The notes under the pieces are model-generated. The model searched no databases. It saw only the letters and a program-made list of their open reading frames with translations, and was not told the DNA's origin. Shown piece after piece: positions 1 through 8,588 of a stretch of DNA of 32,000 nucleotides; position 1 is the first letter of the stretch, and every line of letters starts with the position of its first letter. The position numbers were made by a program, and so were the translations under genes. The DNA comes from Pyrodictium abyssi (GTDB lineage Archaea; Thermoproteota; Thermoprotei_A; Sulfolobales; Pyrodictiaceae), in the NCBI RefSeq assembly GCF_036323395.1, contig NZ_AP028907.1, positions 510,001-542,000 on the forward strand, read 5' to 3'.

Positions 1-201
1 CAGGAGATATACGAGAAGGTCAAGAAGATGAGGGAGCAGATACCCGGCTGGATCTGGGAGGAGGCCTACAAGCTAGCCGACATCCTCAAGGAGAACAAGG
101 ACATAGAGGTCATGGGCCTAAAGTTCAGCGACATAGAGAGCATGATACCGATGGACGCCAACGAGATACAGAAGGTACGCGAACAGCTACAGGTAGGCTA
201 G
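1..201 (+). CDS. C-terminal fragment of a truncated protein; possibly the substrate-binding component of the downstream ABC system
   Basis: Frame 1 is open from base 1 to TAG at 199-201 (QEIYEKVKKMREQIPGWIWEEAYKLADILKENKDIEVMGLKF...VREQLQVG). The function is suggested only by its position upstream of BMP-type ABC genes. Confidence 0.35.
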   Translation, partial: QEIYEKVKKMREQIPGWIWEEAYKLADILKENKDIEVMGLKFSDIESMIPMDANEIQKVREQLQVG

Positions 202-229
202 CCCCACTCCATACACACGCCACACCCAA

Positions 230-248
230 GCTAAACCGGGTTTTTAGC
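230..248 (+). terminator. Possible terminator-like hairpin with T-tract
   Basis: GCTAAA (230-235) / TTTAGC (243-248) around CCGGGTT, with TTTTT at 241-245, 30 nt after the stop at 201. Confidence 0.3.
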
Positions 249-509
249 CCCTCCACTCGCGTCCGCCAGCCTCTCCTTCCCTGTTCTCTGCCCACCTTGC
301 TCCTCACGGTATCCACGCTGAGGGACGCATATACGCAGCCGGGAACAGACCCCCGGGGCTTCTCCACAGCACCACAGCCTGGTCACATGGCTGTACGCGG
401 AGGCGAGCCGCCGGCCAAGCGGGCCTATAGAGGAGGCCACGACAACCAATAATCCTACTCTATGCAATATTTCAGTTAAACCGGCCCGTGGTAAAGGTGC
501 CGGAAAGCC

Positions 510-2092
510 TTGGAGCCAGGCGAACGCAGCAAGAAGTGCATCTACATACAGCTACGCAAGCTCATAATAAAGAACTTTAAGAGCATACACGAGCTCGAGC
601 TGGAGCTGCAGCCAGGCCTAAACGTGCTCGTCGGCAGCAATGCCTCCGGTAAGACGAACATACTGGAAGCGGTAAGCTTCATGTACAAAGCACTCGTAGA
701 AGCAGCCGAGAGGATACCCTATAGGCCGCATGCGCCGCAGTACTGGTCACCCCTAGACATAGTATACATGAAAGACCCCAATGCAGTCATGGCCCTAGGA
801 ATGGAGTTCGACATCTACACCCAGGCGGAAGACACATGGCTACGAATGCCAATAGGATTTACAGCAAACCTGGCATACAACCCAGGCACCGATACGCTAG
901 AGCCCACGCTATACGAGCTAAACTTCGGCAACGCTACAAGGATACGGATAAGCAGACACGGCATAGAAGTTAGGATTAGACGCGACGTCCTGGAGAAAGC
1001 CAAGGAGGTAATCAAGAACGATGGTGTTGATATAGAGCTAGAGTACCAGGAAGAGGACAGCGAGGTGATCGTATACATTGAGCCCGAGGGAGCGCGTCCA
1101 GGCGTGCTGACACCAGCCAATGCGGCCTCAATGTTCTGGAAGAGCACGAAAAGCATGATGGAAAGAAATGGTGGCAGTTTGAAGACAATATCTTAGGAGT
1201 ATTCATAATAAAGATTTGCTTGTATATTACATTTCGCAACACATGCGTCGTGGAATACATAAAAAAAGAACAAGAATTCTTCGTAGCGTTGCACTCGCCG
1301 GAAAAGCTAGAAGAGCTGCTACATCCAAAGAAGGTAGCAAAATTTATCACTGTTTTCAAAGTTAGCCCAGCTAAGGAGCTTAATGCCGTATGTATAAACC
1401 TCGAGACTCATGCAACAGTAGCGTTTAGTCCAGATCCCGTTATGGATCTATTGGTCTATGTTATTCCTGCCATTCTTAGGAGGTTTGTGTTTCTTCGTCA
1501 CCCGGATATGGGTGCCGTCGGCGAGCCCGTGAAGTTTAGTGGTAGCGACCGGCCTGATGAGAGAGCCCGTAACCTCGCCGAGGTATTGCTTGTTGTGCAG
1601 GGGCGTAGGGGACGCTTCCCGGAGCGCGTTGAGCGTGCGCTGCGTGAGCTATTTCCCGGCATGTCTCTGCGCGTGGAGTCGCGGTTTGGCCGTGTCGTGC
1701 TGGTTGGCGAGGAGGGTGGGATTGAGCTTCCGCCGCCTACCTGCCGGATGGCCTTGTAAAGGTTGTCGCGTTGATGCTTGCCGCGGATCTTGAGCCGGTG
1801 CTGCTATGGTCGACGAGATAGAAAATAGTATGCATGCGAGACTCCTAGAGTACGTTGTGGATGAGCTTAACAGCCTACCTGTACCCGTCCTGGTTGCTAC
1901 GCATTCGCCTATCGTGGTTGACCTTGTTGGCCGGAGAGGGTGCTGCTGGTGCGGAAGGATACGAGGAGGGGCACCGTGGTGGAGAGGATAGGGAGGAGCC
2001 CTAGGGAGCTTTCTAGAAGGCTTAGTGAGGAGGGCATAACTTTGAGCGACTACGTGTTCTACGGCGAGATGTACATGGCTGAGCAAGGCTAG
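510..2092 (+). pseudogene. Disrupted AAA/ABC-type ATPase (RecF/SMC/OLD-like) split over several frames
   Basis: N-terminal LIIKNFKSIHELELELQPGLNVLVGSNASGKTNILEAV (Walker A) in ORF 510-1196; middle in 1220-1759; VDEIENSMHARLLEYVVDELNSLPVPVLVATHSPIVVDLV (Walker B/D-loop) in 1806-1991; tail ERVLLVRKDTRRGTVVERIGRSPRELSRRLSEEGITLSDYVFYGEMYMAEQG in another frame ending at TAG 2090-2092. Confidence 0.7.
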
Positions 2093-2133
2093 TCCAGCGG
2101 CTAGAGCGGGTAGCTGCGGGTGGCTATGCAGGG

Positions 2134-2724
2134 TTGAAGCTGATAGTGTTTGTCGAGGACAGTTATGGTGTCGAGTTCCACAGGGTGGTTCTGGACAAGC
2201 TGTACCGTGCAGGGCTTCTACATGGTGGTCGGCGTCCTGAGGTTAGGCATCTCCCTGCGAAGAAGTGTAACCCTGCGGTTTTCCGCAAGATGCTGGGAGC
2301 GGTGTTCAGGGAGGTGCGTAGCGGTGGAGCCTGGCGTATCCTGGTTATCGACTCTGAGGGTAGGCCTCCACGGGAGGCTGTTGAGAGCGATATACTGCGG
2401 CACGTGAGGAGGCACCGGGAGAGGTTTAGGGTTATCGCGGTTGTTCCCCGTCATGAGGCATGGCTGTGTAGAGGTCTTGGTGGTGACCGGGGCGGCTGCC
2501 GTAGCAGGCCGGAGGGCTTCCTCTCAAGGTATGCTGGTAGGCCCTATGACCGTAAGACTAAGCATCTTTTGGCTGAGCTTGCTCGTGGTATGGATGTGTG
2601 TAGGCTTATTGGCGAAGAGGACTTTGTGGAGTATCTTGCTGGGCTTTGCTGGCTTCTCGGAGACCGGGGCGCGTTCTGCAAGGAGCTGGCGGGGCATGGG
2701 CGTATCGGGAGGCGTGTCTGCTAG
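2134..2724 (+). CDS. TOPRIM-like/DUF4276-like protein paired with the upstream ATPase
   Basis: TTG start; LIVFVEDSYGVEFHRVVLDKL...RILVIDSEGRPP (Glu plus DxE, TOPRIM-like) followed by VIAVVPRHEAWL. The ATPase-TOPRIM arrangement matches known OLD/DUF4276-type pairs. The family call is inferred. Confidence 0.5.
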   Translation: MKLIVFVEDSYGVEFHRVVLDKLYRAGLLHGGRRPEVRHLPAKKCNPAVFRKMLGAVFREVRSGGAWRILVIDSEGRPPREAVESDILRHVRRHRERFRVIAVVPRHEAWLCRGLGGDRGGCRSRPEGFLSRYAGRPYDRKTKHLLAELARGMDVCRLIGEEDFVEYLAGLCWLLGDRGAFCKELAGHGRIGRRVC

Positions 2725-2857
2725 CCCCTCTTTATGCGGCGTGTGCTATCCTGGCTTGTGTACTACCTTGTGCCTTGCTGTTGTTGTGCTGGTACAGGCT
2801 CGGTGTTGTTTTATGGGTGTCCCTGGGGCGGGGGCTGCTGGGGGCTGGGCTGGACTC

Positions 2858-4387
2858 TTGCCCGGTAGCGGTCCCGTCGTCGAGATGCGGGGTATAGTGA
2901 AGGTCTACCCGGACGGTACTGTGGCTCTCCGTGGTGTCGACCTCCGGCTTGAGCCGGGGGAGATTCACGGGCTTCTGGGCGAGAATGGTGCTGGGAAGAC
3001 TACGCTGATGAAGATACTGGCTGGGTTTCTCCGCCCGACCCGTGGCGAGATAATCCTCCGGGGGAGGCGTGTCCGGTTCCGCTCTGCCGCGGACGCGCTC
3101 CGCCACGGCATCGGGATGGTGCACCAGCACCTCTCGCTCGTCCCCGTGTTTACGGCCTACGAGAACATCGTGCTGGGGCTTAGCGGCCGGGAGCTGCGGG
3201 GCGCCCGGGAGCGGGTCGAGAGGCTGATGCGGGAGACCGGGCTCGAGGTCCCGCTCGACGATGTGGTTGAGGAGCTGCCCTTCGGTGTGAGGCAGAGGAT
3301 AGAGATTCTCCGCATGCTGTTCCGCGAGGTGGACGTGCTTATCCTGGACGAGCCGACTACGAACCTCACCCCGATCGAGACCCGGGAGCTGTTCCGCGCT
3401 CTCCGCAGGCTGCGTGACAGCGGGAAGACGATAGTGTTCATCACGCATAAGCTCCGCGAGGTAATGGAGATCGCGGACCGGATTACCGTGATGCGCCGGG
3501 GCCGGGTAGTCGGCAGCATGTCCCGTGAGGAGGCAGAGCCCCGGAAGCTAGCCCGGATGATGGTCGGCCGCGAGGTCGTGTTCAGGATAGAGAAGCCCCC
3601 GGCCCGGCCCGGCGAGCCGGTGCTCCGGGTGGAGGACCTCTGGGTCCGGGGCGAGCACGGCCGCTGGGCGGTGCGGGGAGTCAGCTTCGAGGTGCGCCGT
3701 GGCGAGATCTTCGGCATAGCCGGGGTGGAGGGGAACGGCCAGGCAGAGCTGGTCGAGGCTATCACGGGGCTACGCCGGGCTGAGCGGGGCCGCGTGCTTC
3801 TCGTGGGCCGGGATGTGACTAACCTGCCTCCCTCCGAGCTATACAAGCTGGGCCTCGCCCACATACCGGAGGACCGGCGTAGGACGGGGCTTGTCCTCGA
3901 CATGAGTGTCGCGGAGAACAGTATCCTGGGCATCCACCGGTGGAGCCGGTTCCTCCGCAGCCTCGGCCTCGTGGACTGGGGCAGCGTATCCAGCCACGCC
4001 GGGAGGATAGTCGAGGAGTACGAGGTGGTGGCGCCGGGCCTCCGTAGCCCCGTCCGCCACCTCAGCGGCGGCAACCAGCAAAAGCTACTGGTGGGCCGCG
4101 AACTCTCGAAGGACCCGCTGGTCGTGGTGGCGGCTCAGCCCACGAGGGGCCTCGACGTCGCGGCCACGGAGTACATCCGCAGGCTCCTCGTCAGGCTGCG
4201 CAACGAGGGCCGAGCGGTCCTACTCGTCTCGGCCGACACGGACGAGGTTATGCAGCTCAGCGACAGAGTGGCGGTCATGTACGAGGGCAGGTTCGTGGCC
4301 GTGGTGAGGCCGGAGGAGCTGACCGAGGAGCGGCTAGGCCTCCTAATGGGCGGCGCGGTGGAGGCCGCCCAGGCAGAGCAGGGCTAG
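2858..4387 (+). CDS. ABC transporter ATPase with two nucleotide-binding domains, BMP/nucleoside or sugar type
   Basis: GLLGENGAGKTTLMKILAG Walker A, FGVRQRIEILRMLFREVDVLILDEPTTNLTP, second domain GVEGNGQAELVEAITG and LSGGNQQKLLVGRELSKDPLVVVAAQPTRGLDV. The tracked ORF begins at 2441, but homologous sequence starts near TTG 2858 or ATG 2885. Confidence 0.9.
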   Translation: MPGSGPVVEMRGIVKVYPDGTVALRGVDLRLEPGEIHGLLGENGAGKTTLMKILAGFLRPTRGEIILRGRRVRFRSAADALRHGIGMVHQHLSLVPVFTAYENIVLGLSGRELRGARERVERLMRETGLEVPLDDVVEELPFGVRQRIEILRMLFREVDVLILDEPTTNLTPIETRELFRALRRLRDSGKTIVFITHKLREVMEIADRITVMRRGRVVGSMSREEAEPRKLARMMVGREVVFRIEKPPARPGEPVLRVEDLWVRGEHGRWAVRGVSFEVRRGEIFGIAGVEGNGQAELVEAITGLRRAERGRVLLVGRDVTNLPPSELYKLGLAHIPEDRRRTGLVLDMSVAENSILGIHRWSRFLRSLGLVDWGSVSSHAGRIVEEYEVVAPGLRSPVRHLSGGNQQKLLVGRELSKDPLVVVAAQPTRGLDVAATEYIRRLLVRLRNEGRAVLLVSADTDEVMQLSDRVAVMYEGRFVAVVRPEELTEERLGLLMGGAVEAAQAEQG

Positions 4388-4418
4388 CCCCAGGGCATGA
4401 CGCGGGGGTGGCTATGGG

Positions 4419-5555
4419 ATGGCCGCGCGTACGCCCGTCTGGCTCCGCGACGCGCTCATGAGGCTAGGCGAGACGGCGATAGCGCTAGCCGCGGGTATAG
4501 TCGTCGGCGCGGCTATAATGTGGCTTAGCGGCTACGACCCCTGGGAGGCGTACCGCTACCTCCTCGAGTCTAGCGTTCTCGACAGCTACTCGCTCACAAT
4601 GACACTGAGCTTCGCAGCCCCGATAATGCTCACCGGTATCACTTTCGCGGTAGGCGTCCGGGCAGGCCTCTTCAACATAGGCGCTGAGGGCCAGCTCTAC
4701 ATGGGCGCCCTGGGCGCGGTACTCGTAGCATACGCCGCACACAGAGGCCTAGGCTTCCTGGACAGCCCCCTCGGCACGGTTGCCGCGCTGCTGCTGGGCG
4801 CAGGTCTGGCCTCGCTCTGGGGGCTAGCCGCCGCGCTGCTGAAGGTGCGGCGCGGCGTCCACGAGGTAGTATCCACGATAATGCTGAACTGGATAGCGTT
4901 CTGGCTAGCCGAGTACATGAGAGTCTACGTGGTATACGACCCTCACGACCCCTCCAAGACCGTCCAGGTGCCGCCGGGCGCCCGGCTCCCGCTGCTCGCC
5001 AGCGGCACCGAGCTGTCGGCAAGCCTGCTCATATCCCTGGGCTTCACGGTGTTCACCTACGTGCTGCTATGGCACATGGTGTACGGCTACGAGCTGCGCG
5101 CGGCCGGCCTCAACCCGCACGCAGCCAGCTACGGCGGGATAAGCGTGGAGCGTATGATGGTGCTCGCTTTCCTCGTCGGCGCGGTGGCTGCGGGACTTGC
5201 GGGCGCGGGCGAGGTGCTGGGGAGGCCGCCACACTACGCGATAACCACGGGGCTCAGCAACCTGGCGGGCCTAGGCTTCGACGGGATAACCGTCGCCTTG
5301 ATCGGCGCGAACCACCCGCTCGGCATCATAGGCGCCTCGGTCCTGGTTGGCGCGCTGAAGGCCGGCGCCAAGGGCATGCAGATCTACGCCCATGTCCCGC
5401 TCGAGATGGTGCGCATAGTAGAGGGCGTGATAATCATAGCCCTGGCTGTGCCGGGCACGCTCCGCCTCATATCCGAGTACCGGCGTAGGAGGCTCCAGCT
5501 AGCCCGCGTAGAGCAGGCCAAGACGCCGGGAGAGGGGGCTGGGAGCCATGCCTGA
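4419..5555 (+). CDS. ABC transporter permease, BMP/nucleoside type
   Basis: Polytopic; LSFAAPIMLTGITFAVGVRAGLFNIGAEGQLYMGALGAV and GLGFDGITVALIGANHPLGIIGASVLVGALKAG are typical of YufP/RbsC-like permeases. Immediately downstream of the ATPase. Confidence 0.9.
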   Translation: MAARTPVWLRDALMRLGETAIALAAGIVVGAAIMWLSGYDPWEAYRYLLESSVLDSYSLTMTLSFAAPIMLTGITFAVGVRAGLFNIGAEGQLYMGALGAVLVAYAAHRGLGFLDSPLGTVAALLLGAGLASLWGLAAALLKVRRGVHEVVSTIMLNWIAFWLAEYMRVYVVYDPHDPSKTVQVPPGARLPLLASGTELSASLLISLGFTVFTYVLLWHMVYGYELRAAGLNPHAASYGGISVERMMVLAFLVGAVAAGLAGAGEVLGRPPHYAITTGLSNLAGLGFDGITVALIGANHPLGIIGASVLVGALKAGAKGMQIYAHVPLEMVRIVEGVIIIALAVPGTLRLISEYRRRRLQLARVEQAKTPGEGAGSHA

Positions 5556-6444
5556 GCCGGGTATACTCCTGGACTTCATCCGGGGAGTACTCTACGCGAT
5601 GACGCCGATACTGCTGACGGCTGTGGGCGAGATAGTTGCCGAGAGGGCCGGCGTAGTCAACATAGGGCTTGAGGGTATCATAATGCTCGGCGCCCTAGCC
5701 GGCGCGATGGCCAGCGAGGCGGCGGGGAGCCCCTGGGCCGGCCTAGCAGCGGGCCTACTTGTCGGCGCAGCGCTGGGTCTGCTTCACGCGGTGCTCACCG
5801 TCTACCTCAAGGGCGACCACATAATCCCGGGCGTGGGCGTGAACACGCTCGCCTACGGCCTGGTACCCTACATGATCATCGTCTACTGGCACACAGCCGG
5901 GCAGCACCAGGTGCCCGAGTACGCCCGTGTCCCCCACATAGCCGGGATAAGCCCCGTCACGGTAGCGGCGATAGCCATAGCGGTGGCTACGTGGTACGTG
6001 CTGTTCCGCACCAGCCTCGGCCTCAAGCTGCGAGCCGTCGGCGAGAACCCGGAGGCAGCCGACACGGTGGGTGTGCGGGTCGAGAGGCTCCAGACAGCCG
6101 CGGTGGTCTACGGCGGCATGCTGGCGGGGCTCGCCGGCGCCTTCATGAGCATCGACTGGCTCAGCACCGTGACCAAGGAGATAGCCGCGGGCAGGGGCTT
6201 CATCTCGCTAGCCCTGGTGGTGTTCAGCAACTGGAACCCGCTGCTAGCGCTCGGCGGCGCAACGCTATTCGGGTTCTTCGACACGCTCCGCGAGTGGGTA
6301 AAAGTGCTCCCAGGCGTCAAGGGATTGGTGCCCGACACGCTGCTGAACACGATACCCTACATAGTCACCCTAGCAGCAGTCGCCGGGGTACTCCACCGCG
6401 TGAGGCCGCCGAGCCACGTAGGCATGCCCTACCGCCGCGAGTAG
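5548..6444 (+). CDS. ABC transporter permease, BMP/nucleoside type (second subunit)
   Basis: Overlaps the previous gene by 8 bp; ILLTAVGEIVAERAGVVNIGLEGIIMLGALAGAM and GFISLALVVFSNWNPLLALGGATLFG. Confidence 0.9.
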   Translation: MPEPGILLDFIRGVLYAMTPILLTAVGEIVAERAGVVNIGLEGIIMLGALAGAMASEAAGSPWAGLAAGLLVGAALGLLHAVLTVYLKGDHIIPGVGVNTLAYGLVPYMIIVYWHTAGQHQVPEYARVPHIAGISPVTVAAIAIAVATWYVLFRTSLGLKLRAVGENPEAADTVGVRVERLQTAAVVYGGMLAGLAGAFMSIDWLSTVTKEIAAGRGFISLALVVFSNWNPLLALGGATLFGFFDTLREWVKVLPGVKGLVPDTLLNTIPYIVTLAAVAGVLHRVRPPSHVGMPYRRE

Positions 6445-6851
6445 CCCAACAACACCTCCCCGGGCCTCTTTCCCCTCTCTGTTCCCCTCCAGCGGGCCAT
6501 GAGCGGGCCCCAGGCTGCCCGGGCCCGGGCCACGTAGACCCATGCCCGGGCCGTCCCGCCGCCGTGCTCCACTGTTAGCATCCTCCTCTCATAGAGCGGG
6601 CCCTCGTAGCGGTCCAGCTCTGGTAGGAGCCACGCGGGCACCGCGTAGAGCTCGCCCTCCACAACGCAGCAGGCCTGGGGGCGGCACGGCAGTGCCGCGG
6701 GGTAGCCCTCCAGCACTGCGAGCGTATAGCCGCGGAGCAGCGCTGGCCCCAGGAGCCTTGCGCCCCGCATCAGCCTGTGGGCGCTGCCGCGGCGGTGGAG
6801 CGAGCCGTAGACGAATAGAAGCTCTATCACCGGGCCCAGGCCCCTGCCCAT
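6429..6851 (-). CDS. Gamma-glutamylcyclotransferase-like (AIG2/GGCT fold) protein
   Basis: LLFVYGSLHRRGSAHRLM (YGSL motif), ...VVEGELYAVPAWLLPELDRYEGPLYERRMLTV. The true start may be the GTG about 20 bp inside the ORF. Confidence 0.75.
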   Translation of the reverse strand: MGRGLGPVIELLFVYGSLHRRGSAHRLMRGARLLGPALLRGYTLAVLEGYPAALPCRPQACCVVEGELYAVPAWLLPELDRYEGPLYERRMLTVEHGGGTARAWVYVARARAAWGPLMARWRGTERGKRPGEVLLGYSRR

Positions 6852-6865
6852 CCGGGTGCTAGCCT

Positions 6866-7516
6866 GTGGCGAGGCCCCGGGTTATCAGGGTAGACCCCCA
6901 GCGCCCCGACCCCGCCGCGGTAGAGGAGGCGGCCAGGGTGGTCAGGGAGGGCGGCCTAGTAGTCTACCCCACGGACACCGTCTACGGGCTCGGAGCTGAC
7001 CCCTTCAGCCGCGAGGCCGTGCTCCGGGTCTACCGGGCCAAGGAGAGGCCCCTGGGTAGGCCCCTGCCAGTCCTAGTCTCGGGCCCCGAGGCCGCTGCGA
7101 GGCTCGCCCGGGTCACGCCGGAGGCCCGGAGGCTGATGGACCGGTTCTGGCCCGGAGCCCTCACCATAGTCCTAGAGGCCCAGCCCGGCCTCCCCCCGGA
7201 GCTCCACGGCGGCACCGGTAGGATAGGCGTGCGGATGCCTGCGCACCCGGTGGCGCTGGAGCTGATACGCGCCTCGGGCGGCGCACTGGTGGGCACGAGT
7301 GCTAACCTCCACGGCCGGCCGAGTCCCCGGACGGCGGGGGAGGCGCTAGAGCAGCTAGACGGGCGCGTGGACATAGTGCTCGACGCAGGCCCAGCGCCCG
7401 GCGGCAAACCCTCCACGGTGGTAGACCTCACGACGCAGCCGCCCAAGATACTGAGGAAGGGCCCAGTGACGCGCGAGGAGCTGGAGGAGGCGCTGGGCAC
7501 CACGGTCGAGGGCTAG
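6866..7516 (+). CDS. sua5: L-threonylcarbamoyladenylate synthase (Sua5/YrdC/YciO family), short form
   Basis: ARVVREGGLVVYPTDTVYGLGADPFSREAVLRVYRAKERPLGRPLPVLV, PGALTIVLE, ALVGTSANLHGRPSPRT. Confidence 0.92.
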   Translation: MARPRVIRVDPQRPDPAAVEEAARVVREGGLVVYPTDTVYGLGADPFSREAVLRVYRAKERPLGRPLPVLVSGPEAAARLARVTPEARRLMDRFWPGALTIVLEAQPGLPPELHGGTGRIGVRMPAHPVALELIRASGGALVGTSANLHGRPSPRTAGEALEQLDGRVDIVLDAGPAPGGKPSTVVDLTTQPPKILRKGPVTREELEEALGTTVEG

Positions 7517-7773
7517 CCCGGCGGCGTGCAGAGCCCGAGGACAACTGTGCTCAACGCTAGCATGCCTAGGCCGAGCGATAGCGGGAGCGCCATCAGCGGG
7601 ACCTCGGGGCTCACCATGGCGAAGAAGTAGAGCAGCACATCCACGGCAGCCCCTACAGCCATTATCTCCACAGCCGACTCCAGGAGCTCGGCCTTGGAGC
7701 CCGTGCCGCTGGGCCGCCAGCCCCAGGAGTAGTGCACCGGGACCCTGTCGGGGAGCAAGGGGTAGAGCAGCAC
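7513..7773 (-). CDS. DUF1648-type membrane protein; coding probably extends upstream of the tracked start
   Basis: LLYPLLPDRVPVHYSWGWRPSGTGSKAELL is a DUF1648-like signature with TM segments following. The in-frame upstream sequence LEPRGRRLVLAALEVLALFTAVAV looks like a further TM segment. Confidence 0.6.
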   Translation of the reverse strand: MLLYPLLPDRVPVHYSWGWRPSGTGSKAELLESAVEIMAVGAAVDVLLYFFAMVSPEVPLMALPLSLGLGMLALSTVVLGLCTPPG

Positions 7774-7872
7774 AGCAACTGCCGTAAATAAGGCGAGGAC
7801 CTCTAGGGCGGCTAGTACTAGCCTCCTGCCCCGCGGTTCCAGCGCTGGTCTGCCGCGGGGCCCCTTGCCTAT

Positions 7873-8454
7873 CTACGCCTCGAGCTCCCGGAGGAGCCTG
7901 GGCGCGTCGCCGCCTAGCAGTATCTTCCCGCCGTCCTCTGTGACTAGTAGCAGTAGGTTGTCGAGCCTCTCGCTGTGGAGCCTCACCTTGCCGAGGCCGG
8001 CGTCCCTGAAGACGCCGGAGTAGTAGCAGCTGGGTATGTCCGTGCCAGCGGTGAGCCGGAGCACCGGCTGGGCACGGTCTAGGAGCCGTGCCTCCTTCAC
8101 GCCGCCTAGGGGACGCGGAGCACGCCGCAGCAGCCCAGGCGGGCTACCAGGTAGCCGTCCTCGAGGCGCGTGCTCACCCGGCAGAGCCGGGGCAGCAGCG
8201 CCAGCGCGGCGAAGAGCCCGGGGGGCTAGAGCGAGCCAGCCACTGGCCATGTGCGCTGCCCCGGCCGGGCACCACGTCGGGAGCCCCGCCGCACAGACCA
8301 CTGCCAGGAAGACGACTATCCCCGGGAGCATTAGGGTGGCGAGCCAGGCAGCGCAGCTAGACATAACGCTCCGGCACCGGTGTATAAGCGAGGGGCCTCG
8401 GCGGCGCCCAAAAAGCTCACAGCCCCTCCCCGCGAAGGGGCTCGTCCCCCGCAA
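7873..8454 (-). pseudogene. Possible membrane protein with a PH-like domain, apparently frameshifted
   Basis: N-terminal TM segment and C-terminal GVFRDAGLGKVRLHSERLDNLLLLVTEDGGKILLGGDAPRLLRELEA. The alternate frame in the middle reads PGLFAALALLPRLCRVSTRLEDGYLVARLGCCGVLRVP, which looks more protein-like than the tracked frame. Confidence 0.4.
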
Positions 8455-8552
8455 GGTGGACGGCTCCTCACTGGCCCCTCACAGTGCCCGGAGCGCCCAG
8501 GCCCCTCATAAGATGGGTGGGCCCCTGGGAGCGGATACAGGCTTTAGAGTCT

Positions 8553-8582
8553 CAGACCCTAGAGTCTGTACTCTAGGGTCTG
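8553..8582. repeat. Perfect 13-bp inverted repeat, 4-nt spacer
   Basis: CAGACCCTAGAGT-CTGT-ACTCTAGGGTCTG, ending 6 nt before the GTG start at 8589. Confidence 0.95.
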
Positions 8583-8588
8583 GTACCG

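Noticed and set aside
2441-2857. N-terminal extension of the ABC ATPase ORF (MFPVMRHGCVEVLVV...)
   Set aside because: It has no family similarity, overlaps the TOPRIM-like CDS, and the conserved ATPase domain starts near 2858-2885.
2732-4081. Long minus-strand ORFs (238 aa, 305 aa, 80 aa) opposite the ABC ATPase
   Set aside because: They are low-complexity, Arg/Ser/Pro-rich shadow ORFs antisense to a clearly conserved gene, expected in high-GC DNA.
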